Below are positions 8,076 through 16,820 of a stretch of 64,000 nucleotides of DNA, one piece after another. The DNA comes from a virus. The notes below the pieces were generated by a model. It had not been told where the DNA came from and did no database searches. It worked only from the letters and a program-made list of their open reading frames with translations. Every line of letters starts with the position of its first letter. Positions within the stretch are counted from its first letter, which is position 1. The translations under genes were made by a program, and so were the position numbers. The stretch covers positions 7,168 to 71,167 of the IMG/VR virus record IMGVR_UViG_3300048583_000157. The stretch is one strand, 5' to 3'.

Positions 8076-9311
8076 TTAACCGACATCTGCCTTGTAGGGT
8101 ACCACGAATGCATATCCACTACTGTCGAAGGATACTGATCCAGGCTGAGTAACGAATGCTCCGTCAACTGCTCGTGCAGATAGAGCCAAGTTAAATGCTG
8201 GGTTTGAATAGACCACAACGTTATCATAGATTCCAAATGGGTAAACCTGTTCTGCTGTTGGCGAAGTTACGACATCAACCAATGTCCACTCTTGGCCAAT
8301 CACGTCAAGCTCAGCGATCAACAGATTAGTCACTGTGTATTCGTCATTGTTGGCAACCATATACAGTCTGTTAGTTGCTTTGTCGAAGTTTGTTGCTGAG
8401 GTACCAAATGTCGTCATGGCCGGATTCTCATTCAGTGTTGAGATATCGAAGGCGAAATCCAGAGCAAACCCGTCAACTGCGTTATACGAGATGAATGTCA
8501 TATTTGCGCTGTATGCATCGTCAGCGAATATGAACCCACCGTCCACAGAAATTGCACTAGCATCAGTGTACGGTGCCGGTGCCGTGTATGTATCTTCTTG
8601 CGTAAAGTTTGTGCCATTGAAGCTGAAAGCGAAGAATTGGCGTGGCTGCTGGAATGCCGCGGCGTGGACACAGAAATGACCGTCAATGACTGCAGCACCG
8701 CCCATAGAAAAGGCCTGGAACGGAACAATCTGAGTCAGTCTATTGCCAACGAGTGTTGTAGTATTCTGCTCCACATCGACGTCAACAGCAATCATATCGA
8801 GTACGTACTCGAGATCGCTTTCTCTAGAGCGACCCACAACAGCATAAACTCTGGTACCATCGATAGCAACAGCACCGCGAGCACCTGGCGGATATGAATC
8901 GATCGCAACTGGGATGTCACTTCCCACCTGAGTTAGTTCACCATCTGCCGCAGAATAGACTCGTAGGAAAGTATTGTTGAGTGTAGTATTTTGAACCGTA
9001 AACGCGATTAGCCCAGGTGCAGTAGCAGATGTTTCTGTGTTTAGAGCATCAGTCGAATTGGTCAGGGCACCCAGAGTCGCTGGATTAAGTGAAGTGCTGC
9101 CCGCGTAATATGCCTGAACAGTATTACCATTTGCTAAGAATTGGCCGGCCATGATAAAGAATGGCAGTGAGTCACCGTTTCCAGGGCCACCATTTTCGCC
9201 ACCACCTGGTACCCAATCTGGTTTCCAGTCAGAGCGCGAATTTTCTTTCCAATCGATCTTGTAATCTTGCTTGAGACCGGGAATGCTTGAATAGAAGCTG
9301 GCAATTGTCAT
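8076..9311 (-). CDS. Putative virion decoration/adhesin, beta-rich, with N-terminal DWK-repeat peptide
   Basis: The first ~40 aa match the N-terminus of 9385..9792; the rest is beta-strand-rich and propeller-like. Confidence 0.55.
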   Translation of the reverse strand: MTIASFYSSIPGLKQDYKIDWKENSRSDWKPDWVPGGGENGGPGNGDSLPFFIMAGQFLANGNTVQAYYAGSTSLNPATLGALTNSTDALNTETSATAPGLIAFTVQNTTLNNTFLRVYSAADGELTQVGSDIPVAIDSYPPGARGAVAIDGTRVYAVVGRSRESDLEYVLDMIAVDVDVEQNTTTLVGNRLTQIVPFQAFSMGGAAVIDGHFCVHAAAFQQPRQFFAFSFNGTNFTQEDTYTAPAPYTDASAISVDGGFIFADDAYSANMTFISYNAVDGFALDFAFDISTLNENPAMTTFGTSATNFDKATNRLYMVANNDEYTVTNLLIAELDVIGQEWTLVDVVTSPTAEQVYPFGIYDNVVVYSNPAFNLALSARAVDGAFVTQPGSVSFDSSGYAFVVPYKADVG

Positions 9312-9333
9312 GTCATTTCCTTATGTAGTCCAT

Positions 9334-9365
9334 AAAAGAAAGGAGTCGCAGATGCGACTCCTTCT
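9334..9365 (-). terminator. Rho-independent terminator
   Basis: Minus strand AAGGAGTCGC-ATCT-GCGACTCCTTTCTTTT. Confidence 0.8.
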
Positions 9366-9384
9366 CTGTGTAACGATCCAAGAG

Positions 9385-9792
9385 TTACGCTGCGATGACG
9401 GCTGGCGTGATGTTGGAGCTTTCTGTTGCTTCGCCTGCGGCGTTGGTTGCAGTGACATCAACCGAGATAGCGTCGCCAAGTTCAGCACCAGTAAGAACAT
9501 AGGTTGCTGCGACTGCACCAGCGATAGGTGTAACACCGGCGAACCACTCATACGTGAAGGTAGGAGCTGGGTTACCAGTCCAGGTACCATTGGTGACGGT
9601 GAGCGTCTGTCCAACTTGTGGTACGCCGCTGAGTGATGGAGCTACGGTGTTAACTGGAGCTACGCCTTCAGCGCCACCAGGAATTGCGTCCCAGTCGATC
9701 TTCCAATCAACCTTCGCGTCTTCCTTCCAGTCAACCTTGTAGTCCGCCTTAAGGCCAGGAACGCTGGCGTATAGATCTTCAATGTCAGGCAT
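9385..9792 (-). CDS. Ig-like domain virion decoration protein with N-terminal DWK-repeat peptide
   Basis: APVNTVAPSLSG.PQVGQTLTVTNGTWTG.P..FTYEW...VTATNAAG is a typical phage Ig-like repeat; directly follows the tail tube gene. Confidence 0.75.
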   Translation of the reverse strand: MPDIEDLYASVPGLKADYKVDWKEDAKVDWKIDWDAIPGGAEGVAPVNTVAPSLSGVPQVGQTLTVTNGTWTGNPAPTFTYEWFAGVTPIAGAVAATYVLTGAELGDAISVDVTATNAAGEATESSNITPAVIAA

Positions 9793-9810
9793 TTCTTATC
9801 TCCTTGAGAA

Positions 9811-10401
9811 TTACAGGTTACCGCTAAGAGCGGTACCATAGCCCTGACCGGTGAGCACTTGACGTGCGTGGTCGAAGCGAAGTGAAAGTTCAATGGTAGC
9901 AGCGTCAGACGATTCGTAGGAGAGGTCGCCGTAGTTTGCATTCTTAATGAAGCAACCTTCGATGAGCCACTTTTCTACAACGCCTTCGTTACCGTCTAGC
10001 TGTTCAAGAGTCAGACCAAACTTGTAGTCCGAACCGGTTGCTGCAGAGTTGAGCCACTGGCCAGGAAGATCACCACCAATCAAGCGCTGCTGAGTTTCAA
10101 GCTGACCTTGAACAGCGGCAGATGCAAGACCCGTCATGTCGTCTTCAACTGTCAGAGTCATTTCGCTCCACGTGTACTTACCAGCGACATAAGCCGTTGA
10201 GTTGTAGCGGTGAATTGGAATGTCTGCGAAGTCGAGTGTAGGGCGCTGAACGTTGGTTGCCTGGCGAGTCAGGTCTCGGCCTGATACCCCTGGCACCAGA
10301 CGAGCTAGACCCTGGAATGTTACCTGCCAGCGATACTTCTGCTTAGGGTGCAGAATACCGAAGCCGGCCTGTGGTACGCCCATCTGTGAAAGAGTAGCCA
10401 T
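9811..10401 (-). CDS. gp19: Tail tube protein
   Basis: PKQKYRWQVTF, RP, YVAGKYTW, EKWLIEGCFI, YGDLSY, LSLRFD; located downstream of the sheath gene. Confidence 0.9.
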   Translation of the reverse strand: MATLSQMGVPQAGFGILHPKQKYRWQVTFQGLARLVPGVSGRDLTRQATNVQRPTLDFADIPIHRYNSTAYVAGKYTWSEMTLTVEDDMTGLASAAVQGQLETQQRLIGGDLPGQWLNSAATGSDYKFGLTLEQLDGNEGVVEKWLIEGCFIKNANYGDLSYESSDAATIELSLRFDHARQVLTGQGYGTALSGNL

Positions 10402-10449
10402 TGTGTCTCCTTATTTCCTAGTTTGGTGTTGGATCACCGAGTACGAGTC

Positions 10450-10456
10450 TATTTAT
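10450..10456 (-). promoter_or_regulatory. Late promoter (tail tube)
   Basis: Intergenic ATAAATA. Confidence 0.8.
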
Positions 10457-10507
10457 GACACTGTCCTGTTTTCCGCACTTCCGGTGCGGGGACGTTTAGA
10501 CCAGCTC

Positions 10508-10867
10508 TTAAGCTAGGTTCTCCAACTTGTATTTGGTGCGGTTAACCAGGGTCAGAATTTCATCCCACTGGTTGATGATGTAAGTGTCTGCGGGATTGAA
10601 CTCTTTTACCTTTGCGCTAGCCCACTGTTCAAGGCTTCTAATGAAAGAGACTGCGTCTCCATCAAAGAACGCAGGTTGTGTAGCACGCTTGACATCGACA
10701 ATACCGTATCGGCCAGCATATGACTCTGCTAGCTTGTCGGTAAGGTCGACTAGTTCTTCATAGAAATCGCCCAATGCAACGTGCTGCGCAAAGGAGCGGG
10801 TGCGAAGATGGATTGCGTGCGCTATGTCTCTAGCTGCGAACAGTTGCGAGATGACTTCGTTGATCAT
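10508..10867 (-). CDS. Ferritin/Dps-like four-helix protein (DUF5856-like)
   Basis: HAIHLRTRSFAQHVALGDFYEEL..L.D.LAE.Y.GRYG...KYKL. Confidence 0.7.
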   Translation of the reverse strand: MINEVISQLFAARDIAHAIHLRTRSFAQHVALGDFYEELVDLTDKLAESYAGRYGIVDVKRATQPAFFDGDAVSFIRSLEQWASAKVKEFNPADTYIINQWDEILTLVNRTKYKLENLA

Positions 10868-10892
10868 GTCTTTATCTCAGAGGGAAGAGCGA

Positions 10893-10920
10893 GAGGGCTT
10901 CAGAAAATCCGAAGCCCTCC
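10893..10920 (-). terminator. Stem-loop after the sheath gene (terminator or stabiliser)
   Basis: GAGGGCTTC...GAAGCCCTC inverted repeat with only a weak U tract. Confidence 0.55.
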
Positions 10921-10930
10921 ATTTAGCTCT

Positions 10931-12778
10931 TTACGGCAGTGAAGCACCGGTCGACAATACGCGGATTGGGATGTAGATGAATTCTGCGGCCTTGACAGGC
11001 TTAAGAGCTACGTCCATGATCATCTGGTTGTTGTCGATGACAAAGTCGGTGTTGTTGGAGCGATCGCAAAGGGTTACGAAGTCGTACAGACCGCGCTTAG
11101 CGAGTACGTCATTCAGGAAACCGTCAGCCGAAGCCTTGAGGTTGTCGCGAGTGATCTTGTCGTTAGGCTCGAAGACGAATGGGAAAGCACCCTTACGAAG
11201 CTGGCGCTTGATGTACATAACCAAGCGAACTACGTTTACACGATCAAGAGCAGAAGCTGCGGCAGCCGAAGTCTTCTGTCCCCAGATGATGAGACCCTGT
11301 CCTGGGAAGAACACGATTGGGTTGATGTTCTTGAATGCTTCGTAGAGCGAATCGCGCTGACCCTGGTTGAGGTTAGCTTCAACGAAGGTGGTAGCGGTAC
11401 CAAGAGTACCGTTGACGTAGCCAACTGCTGCAACGCCCGTTACCGAACCACGTGAGACACCAGCAGGAGCAAACCAGACATAGGACTGATTGTCGCTGTA
11501 AGCGTAGGTGCGTAGAGCAATACCGGATGGAGCCACAACGACTTCAGCACCGTCGAGGTTCGAAGCCTTACCCCATGGGTAGTAGTAAGCAACGTTCGTA
11601 CCGGTCTGGCGACCAGAAGTAAGAGCCCAGTTTGCAGTCTGCTCAGCAGTCTGGTTGGACGGTGTGTCTGCGATAACGAATGCTTCGTCATTGATGTCTA
11701 CCGAGAGAGCGAGCAGCTCATCAACAACTTCTGGGTAACCAGGGCAGACGATGAGGTTGTACTCGTAGATTTCCGAGCGGACTTCGCTGTTGCTGTTGAT
11801 TGCTGCAGAAAGAGCGGTTGCGATAGCAACACGCTTAGCAGCATCGTTGGCGCCGAGTGGGTTGAAGAGGTTGACTTCCGACAGAGCGATCTGGAACTCG
11901 TCACCCGAAACAAAGGCAGTCGAACCAGCGGTTACCAGGAAGGTAATGTGCTGTAGACCGTCAGTGAATGCGGTACCAACAGTACCCGAACCAAGTGGAC
12001 CAGAGGTCGAGCCGGTAACGGTGAATGCTGTTGGCGAGGTGAAGACAATGACGATGGTCTCAGCTACTGCGCCGGTGAGGGCTTCAATTGCTGTGACTGT
12101 GCCGTTGCCAGTACCAGAGTAGCTCGATGGAGCATACACGAGATCGAAGGTGAAGTAGTCGCCACTGGAGAATGCAGTGCCACCAGCGGTAACGGTGAAG
12201 TTGACCTTGTTGGAAGTGAATGCAACGCCGACCGTACCGGTACCGATGATACCAGATACAGAGCCCTGAACCGTGAATGCGGTCGCAGAGGTGAAGATTA
12301 CGTCAATGCTTTCTGGCTTAACGAAAGCAGAAGTTGCCGTCACAGAACCCAGAGTACCGTTGCCGATACCTACGCGTGTGATCGTTCCGGCTACTGGAGT
12401 ACCAGCACCGAAGAAGGTTTCTGCTTCGTCAGCAAGGTCGATGTTTGCACGAACGACATAAGCAACGTTGCCAATACCGAGGTACTGGTTAAGTGCGAAG
12501 AGGCCGTATTCGTTACGAGCATCGCCATGGAACTGATTGCCAGAGCCGTCTTTCCAGAAGTGTGGAATTCCGTAGAGCTGGGTGCTCTGACCGATAGAGG
12601 TGACAGTACGAACTACGTCGTGTTCAGTTGTACCGGTAGCGATAGTAACGCCGTCCGGCTGCGTCTTGTTAGCACGAGATGCTACAAACATCAGCGGCAC
12701 CGTTGGGGATGCAGCAGGAATGTAGAACGATTCATTGATAACGGTAACTGATACGCCCGGGGATACTAGCGTGGCCAT
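10931..12778 (-). CDS. gp18: Tail sheath protein
   Basis: LVSPGVSVT start; YYPW, WFAPAG..RG, INPI, WGQKT, RVNVVRL, FEPND, KPVKAAEFIYI. Confidence 0.95.
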   Translation of the reverse strand: MATLVSPGVSVTVINESFYIPAASPTVPLMFVASRANKTQPDGVTIATGTTEHDVVRTVTSIGQSTQLYGIPHFWKDGSGNQFHGDARNEYGLFALNQYLGIGNVAYVVRANIDLADEAETFFGAGTPVAGTITRVGIGNGTLGSVTATSAFVKPESIDVIFTSATAFTVQGSVSGIIGTGTVGVAFTSNKVNFTVTAGGTAFSSGDYFTFDLVYAPSSYSGTGNGTVTAIEALTGAVAETIVIVFTSPTAFTVTGSTSGPLGSGTVGTAFTDGLQHITFLVTAGSTAFVSGDEFQIALSEVNLFNPLGANDAAKRVAIATALSAAINSNSEVRSEIYEYNLIVCPGYPEVVDELLALSVDINDEAFVIADTPSNQTAEQTANWALTSGRQTGTNVAYYYPWGKASNLDGAEVVVAPSGIALRTYAYSDNQSYVWFAPAGVSRGSVTGVAAVGYVNGTLGTATTFVEANLNQGQRDSLYEAFKNINPIVFFPGQGLIIWGQKTSAAAASALDRVNVVRLVMYIKRQLRKGAFPFVFEPNDKITRDNLKASADGFLNDVLAKRGLYDFVTLCDRSNNTDFVIDNNQMIMDVALKPVKAAEFIYIPIRVLSTGASLP

Positions 12779-12852
12779 TTTGTGAGTCTCCTTAATGTGT
12801 CTTTTTGATTATCGACCAACCATGTGATCGGTAACTGATGATTTCGACTGTG

Positions 12853-12859
12853 TATTTAT
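12853..12859 (-). promoter_or_regulatory. Late promoter (sheath)
   Basis: Intergenic ATAAATA. Confidence 0.8.
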
Positions 12860-12900
12860 GCAAGAACCGGGTTCCCGTTCCAGAAATGGCTAACTTCTCG

Positions 12901-13650
12901 TCACGTACCGTCGATTTCAGTAGTACCCCAGTCGAAGCCAGTACGGAACGGCTGCTGGTTTCCATCCTCATCGAATTCGTTGATGACGAAGCCGTCCATA
13001 TCACCGATACGAATGAAGATCTTGCGTACGACTTCATCTCTGATGTCGAGCGGAGACGAGATGTAGATAGGCATTTCGAAGGTCAGCGACCATACGAGCA
13101 CTCGTCTGTCTCCACCTGGCGGCATGTTCTCTTCATTGTTGACGCCCGTCAGCATGACTTCTGAAATCTTCGTCCAGTCAAATGCTGCGTCAGTCGTCTG
13201 AATCTGAAGCTGAGGATCGAATAGTACAAGAAGCTGCTCGAGCATCTGGTGAAGCTGCTGAGTGTTAGACGCGAACATCGAGAGTTCAATGCTCATGATG
13301 TACGGAATAGGCATGACTCGAATGACGCTCTTCAGATCGTCTGGGTAGACGCCACCCTGAGGAAGGTAGACACGACGATCGACTACGCCAACACCCTTAC
13401 GAGCCTGGGCCATGCTGAGACCAGTCATGGTAGCTGCGAGCATTGGTAGCGAGAGTGGTTTGTTCTGAGTATTACCAGCTTCGATAGCAGCTACCACTCG
13501 ATCTCTGCTGCCGATTCGAATAGGTACTGTGATGAACTCTGGCACATCGCATTCACCCTTACCAGTCTGAACTTGTAGACCAACAAAGATGTTACAGAAC
13601 TGGAGCAGGTACTTTCGTAGCTGTCCTTGGTAGTAGAAATATGGAATCAC
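12901..13650 (-). CDS. gp15: Tail sheath stabiliser / tail terminator
   Basis: YFY..QLRKY..QF..IF, VPI..G, LP, MPIPY, Q..EQ...LF.P. Confidence 0.8.
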   Translation of the reverse strand: MIPYFYYQGQLRKYLLQFCNIFVGLQVQTGKGECDVPEFITVPIRIGSRDRVVAAIEAGNTQNKPLSLPMLAATMTGLSMAQARKGVGVVDRRVYLPQGGVYPDDLKSVIRVMPIPYIMSIELSMFASNTQQLHQMLEQLLVLFDPQLQIQTTDAAFDWTKISEVMLTGVNNEENMPPGGDRRVLVWSLTFEMPIYISSPLDIRDEVVRKIFIRIGDMDGFVINEFDEDGNQQPFRTGFDWGTTEIDGT

Positions 13651-14768
13651 AGAGCGAAGTCCCTTTTGAATTTCATTCTAGTCAGGTTATCGTAGCCGTA
13701 GAAGCTGTCAACGTCATCACCAGATAGATTGGAATTGCGTGCTAGCGTCTTGAGGAAAGCTTTCTCTGGTGTAGTGAGAACGGCTTTACGCTTCAACGCA
13801 GCTGCTAGAGCTCTATTTATCAGCACGAGCAGAGGAGATTTTGCGCTGCCATTTTCAGAGTCATGAAGGTAAAGCTTCCACGCATTAAGGATTTCTGGGT
13901 CAGTCTGGTAGAGATCGCCGAGCTCTTTAGGAAGCAGGTCAGAACGATTGCTCACGGCTTCTTTGCGCTCACCAGAGAACAGAGCTCCTACATTTCTGAT
14001 GTACTCCGCCTTCATGTAGTTGGCGTCAGTCGCTGCGTCAACGGCCTTTGAAAGACGGAAGACTTTCTTACGAGCGTTCTCGATGTCATGCTCGTAGCCA
14101 GCTCCACCACCAATCTTGAACTCTAGCGTATCGTCTGGGACGTTGCCAAAATTCGTATTGCCGTCTGGGCGCTGACCAAGATAGTTGAGAGCTGCCTTGT
14201 GTAGAGATGCTGCCTGAACTGGCAGCTTACCAGTCTGCTTCAACTTGTGAAGCAGTACGTCCACCTGAGCATCAGAGAATCTCGATGTAGGCTTAGCAAA
14301 GACGAGCTCAGCTGAAGGGGTGTCGAGGTGCAGGACGAGCTTAACTGGGTCAAGCTTGCTAGCCATGTTAGCAACATGGAATGCTGCACGAAGGTAGTCA
14401 TCGTCAGAAGTGCGAAGGTTGTTCTCGTCGATCCACTTCGCGACAGCTGCCATCTTCTTCATAGCGTCTGTGGCGAACATGAATGGCGAAACGATTTCGA
14501 TTGGGTGAGAGCCTGATCGATCTGCAGAAGCAGATGGCTCGATCATCCAAGAAGACTTGGAGCGTGCGCCTGGGTCTCTACGTACCTTAACGTCATCGCC
14601 AACTACAGACGACAACGATTCAGCCGCGAGCTTCGCGGACTCTTCGAATGACTTCTTGCTAGACAGGCCTACGTGAAATGGCGAAGCAATAGGGATTGCC
14701 AGTCTAAAATCGAAAGCGATTTTGCTGGATGGGGATGATGCTTCAGTTAGGAACTCGTTAAGTCTCAT
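13647..14768 (-). CDS. Degenerate amidoligase (COOH-NH2 ligase type 2)-like protein with capsid-targeting-like N-terminus
   Basis: WMIEPSAS, IEIVSP, LRAAFHV, TLEFKIGGG resemble W..D.S / ExxSP / GxHxH / TxEFR; N-terminus MRLNEFLTE. Confidence 0.55.
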   Translation of the reverse strand: MRLNEFLTEASSPSSKIAFDFRLAIPIASPFHVGLSSKKSFEESAKLAAESLSSVVGDDVKVRRDPGARSKSSWMIEPSASADRSGSHPIEIVSPFMFATDAMKKMAAVAKWIDENNLRTSDDDYLRAAFHVANMASKLDPVKLVLHLDTPSAELVFAKPTSRFSDAQVDVLLHKLKQTGKLPVQAASLHKAALNYLGQRPDGNTNFGNVPDDTLEFKIGGGAGYEHDIENARKKVFRLSKAVDAATDANYMKAEYIRNVGALFSGERKEAVSNRSDLLPKELGDLYQTDPEILNAWKLYLHDSENGSAKSPLLVLINRALAAALKRKAVLTTPEKAFLKTLARNSNLSGDDVDSFYGYDNLTRMKFKRDFAL

Positions 14769-15523
14769 TAGTCTTCGTCGTAAAGGTCGGTCCAGAGCTT
14801 GACTGCTCCGCGGTATTTAAGGAATTTCGTCTTGAACCAGACGGTGGATTCGACGTCCCACCCATAGGTGAAGTCGTCGTGACCGTATGCATCACAGTGC
14901 GTACCGTCGAAGTGTCGTGCTAGAATGTCCCAGGGGAATCGCATGCGCAAATCTGATCGATGGCTAAGATCGTAATCTGTTCTCTTCTTTGTAGTCGACT
15001 TGTCATACATGTCAGCCCACTCGGCAAAGTCTCCAGCCGATCTGTCGCCTAGATTGAACACCAGTGGATTGTCAACGATCTCAAACAAGTAGCCATAGTC
15101 AGTCTGCCAATCTGGGAATCTCTGCTTTACCAATTCATACCATTCAGATGTGTAGGTACCTTTAGCCTTTTCTCGTGCCGAGCTTGTCCAGAATCCGCTA
15201 CGTGGCTTGTTATCGCCCGGCGGAGAATCGTGATAGTCGTGAAGCAGAGGAGGTGCTTCTTCAGATAGAATGGATTCGTTCGTCTTCTTAAAGTGGCGAG
15301 CTCTAGCAAGCGCTGAAACACGGAGCGCTACTTTAGGGTCACGACGCTTAGGAACGAAGAGCTGTAGCTTGCTGTTCTCGCGGATGTTCCACGCGGCATA
15401 TTTCTGCATGTCACGAAGGGCGGCGAGCCCCGACTTATCTTCCCAGCGATCGGGAAGGTCAGGCTCTTTAGGCTCTACCTTCTTCTCTGCTTCTTCAAGG
15501 TACTCTTTGAACGACTTAGTCAT
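14768..15523 (-). CDS. Hypothetical protein, possibly ART-fold, with capsid-targeting-like N-terminus
   Basis: MTKSFKEYLEE; KPRSGFWTSS...W...PW...FDG...YGWDVESTVWF. Confidence 0.45.
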   Translation of the reverse strand: MTKSFKEYLEEAEKKVEPKEPDLPDRWEDKSGLAALRDMQKYAAWNIRENSKLQLFVPKRRDPKVALRVSALARARHFKKTNESILSEEAPPLLHDYHDSPPGDNKPRSGFWTSSAREKAKGTYTSEWYELVKQRFPDWQTDYGYLFEIVDNPLVFNLGDRSAGDFAEWADMYDKSTTKKRTDYDLSHRSDLRMRFPWDILARHFDGTHCDAYGHDDFTYGWDVESTVWFKTKFLKYRGAVKLWTDLYDED

Positions 15524-16191
15524 GGGCCTTTCTTCTTCTTACCTTTCTGCGAAGCAACTAGGATGACACGTTGGCGAAGGTTGCGGAGATACTCTAGATG
15601 TTCTTTTTCTTCTTTGTGATCGTCCATTGACATGCTCCAATTGAATATCTCGTTGTCATCAACATGAGTCTCGGTATCGTCATTGAAAGACTTACCGAGG
15701 TTAAGAGGTTCTTTCTTGCCCTTGTCCCAGCCGTAAACTACTACTCCTGGTTCTTTTGACAGCTTCTGCCAAACCTTAATGCCACCTTCGGATTGACTAT
15801 CACCAGTCATGATGTTGCCCGCATTGACGAATGCCGCGTAGAGTTTGTGGGCCGGTATAGTTGAACCGTCCACGGCTATAAGACTGTCAACTGTCCAAGA
15901 GGCATCGACCTTTTCTAGACCGGCTACGCATTGAACATTCTGCTTAGAGTCTACTGCAATAAGAAGACAGTCAGTACCCGCACTGAATAGAGGGTCGGGC
16001 AATAGGCTAATCTTCACAAGCACCCAAAAATTGGGGCCAATCACACCATGCTGAATTACGCAGCTGTTGCCAACCTTGAAACCCAGTGGCTTACCAAGCA
16101 TGTGACTACCTGTCGCCCAGTTCTTATCGTCATGTTCGATGTCGTCAATGTAGGTTAGCTCGTTGAGCTGATGTAGTTCGCTGAGTTTCAT
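15520..16191 (-). CDS. GNAT-like protein (paralog A)
   Basis: STIPAHKLYAAFV.AGN..T..SQSEGG..VWQKL is shared with the next gene; N-terminus MKLSELHQLNE. Confidence 0.5.
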   Translation of the reverse strand: MKLSELHQLNELTYIDDIEHDDKNWATGSHMLGKPLGFKVGNSCVIQHGVIGPNFWVLVKISLLPDPLFSAGTDCLLIAVDSKQNVQCVAGLEKVDASWTVDSLIAVDGSTIPAHKLYAAFVNAGNIMTGDSQSEGGIKVWQKLSKEPGVVVYGWDKGKKEPLNLGKSFNDDTETHVDDNEIFNWSMSMDDHKEEKEHLEYLRNLRQRVILVASQKGKKKKGP

Positions 16192-16820
16192 TTCTTGGTC
16201 GTCGCTACTAGAAGAACGTTGTGTTCAAGATCGTATTCGTGCTGGCGCTGCTGCGCATCATCATGATCATGTGCCGAATACTGTGCATCGATGTTTGAGT
16301 GCGTGTCTGACGTATCGTCAAAAGACGGTCCGAGATTGATGGGCTCGCGGGCGCGAGTGTTCCATCCATGGACCACAATTCCAGGCTCCTTAGAAAGCTT
16401 CTGCCATACGCGTACGCCACCCTCTGACTGAGAGCTCGTCGTCAGCGTGTTGCCAGCTTTGACAAATGCGGCATAGAGCTTGTGCGCTGGGATCGTAGAC
16501 TTGTTCTTCGCAACGAGGTGGCTGATCTGATAAGACTTGCCAACCTTGTTGAGACTTACAGTGCACTGAACCTTGCCGACATCGTTCAACGCCGTTACGA
16601 GGTATCTCGCAGACACGTCTGGGCCGATGTAATCATGGTGCTCGCTGTCAAACATGAGCCATGTTCCACCTTCTAGCTTGCCTCTCGCCGTAATGGAACC
16701 ATTCCTTGGATCGTCGGTCAGTTTCTTACCGAGTACTGGATGACCGTCCGCCCACTTCTTCTCAGTCTTGCTGATGTCTGTGATGAGCTCTACTTCGTTT
16801 AGAAGTTCATGCAGCTTCAT
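16188..16820 (-). CDS. GNAT-like protein (paralog B)
   Basis: Same core as 15520..16191; N-terminus MKLHELLNE. Confidence 0.5.
   Translation of the reverse strand: MKLHELLNEVELITDISKTEKKWADGHPVLGKKLTDDPRNGSITARGKLEGGTWLMFDSEHHDYIGPDVSARYLVTALNDVGKVQCTVSLNKVGKSYQISHLVAKNKSTIPAHKLYAAFVKAGNTLTTSSQSEGGVRVWQKLSKEPGIVVHGWNTRAREPINLGPSFDDTSDTHSNIDAQYSAHDHDDAQQRQHEYDLEHNVLLVATTKK

Noticed and set aside
9210-9760. DYK-D peptides resembling a FLAG tag (possible engineered sequence)
   Set aside because: They are not DYKDDDDK and belong to a diverged motif shared by two paralogous N-termini.
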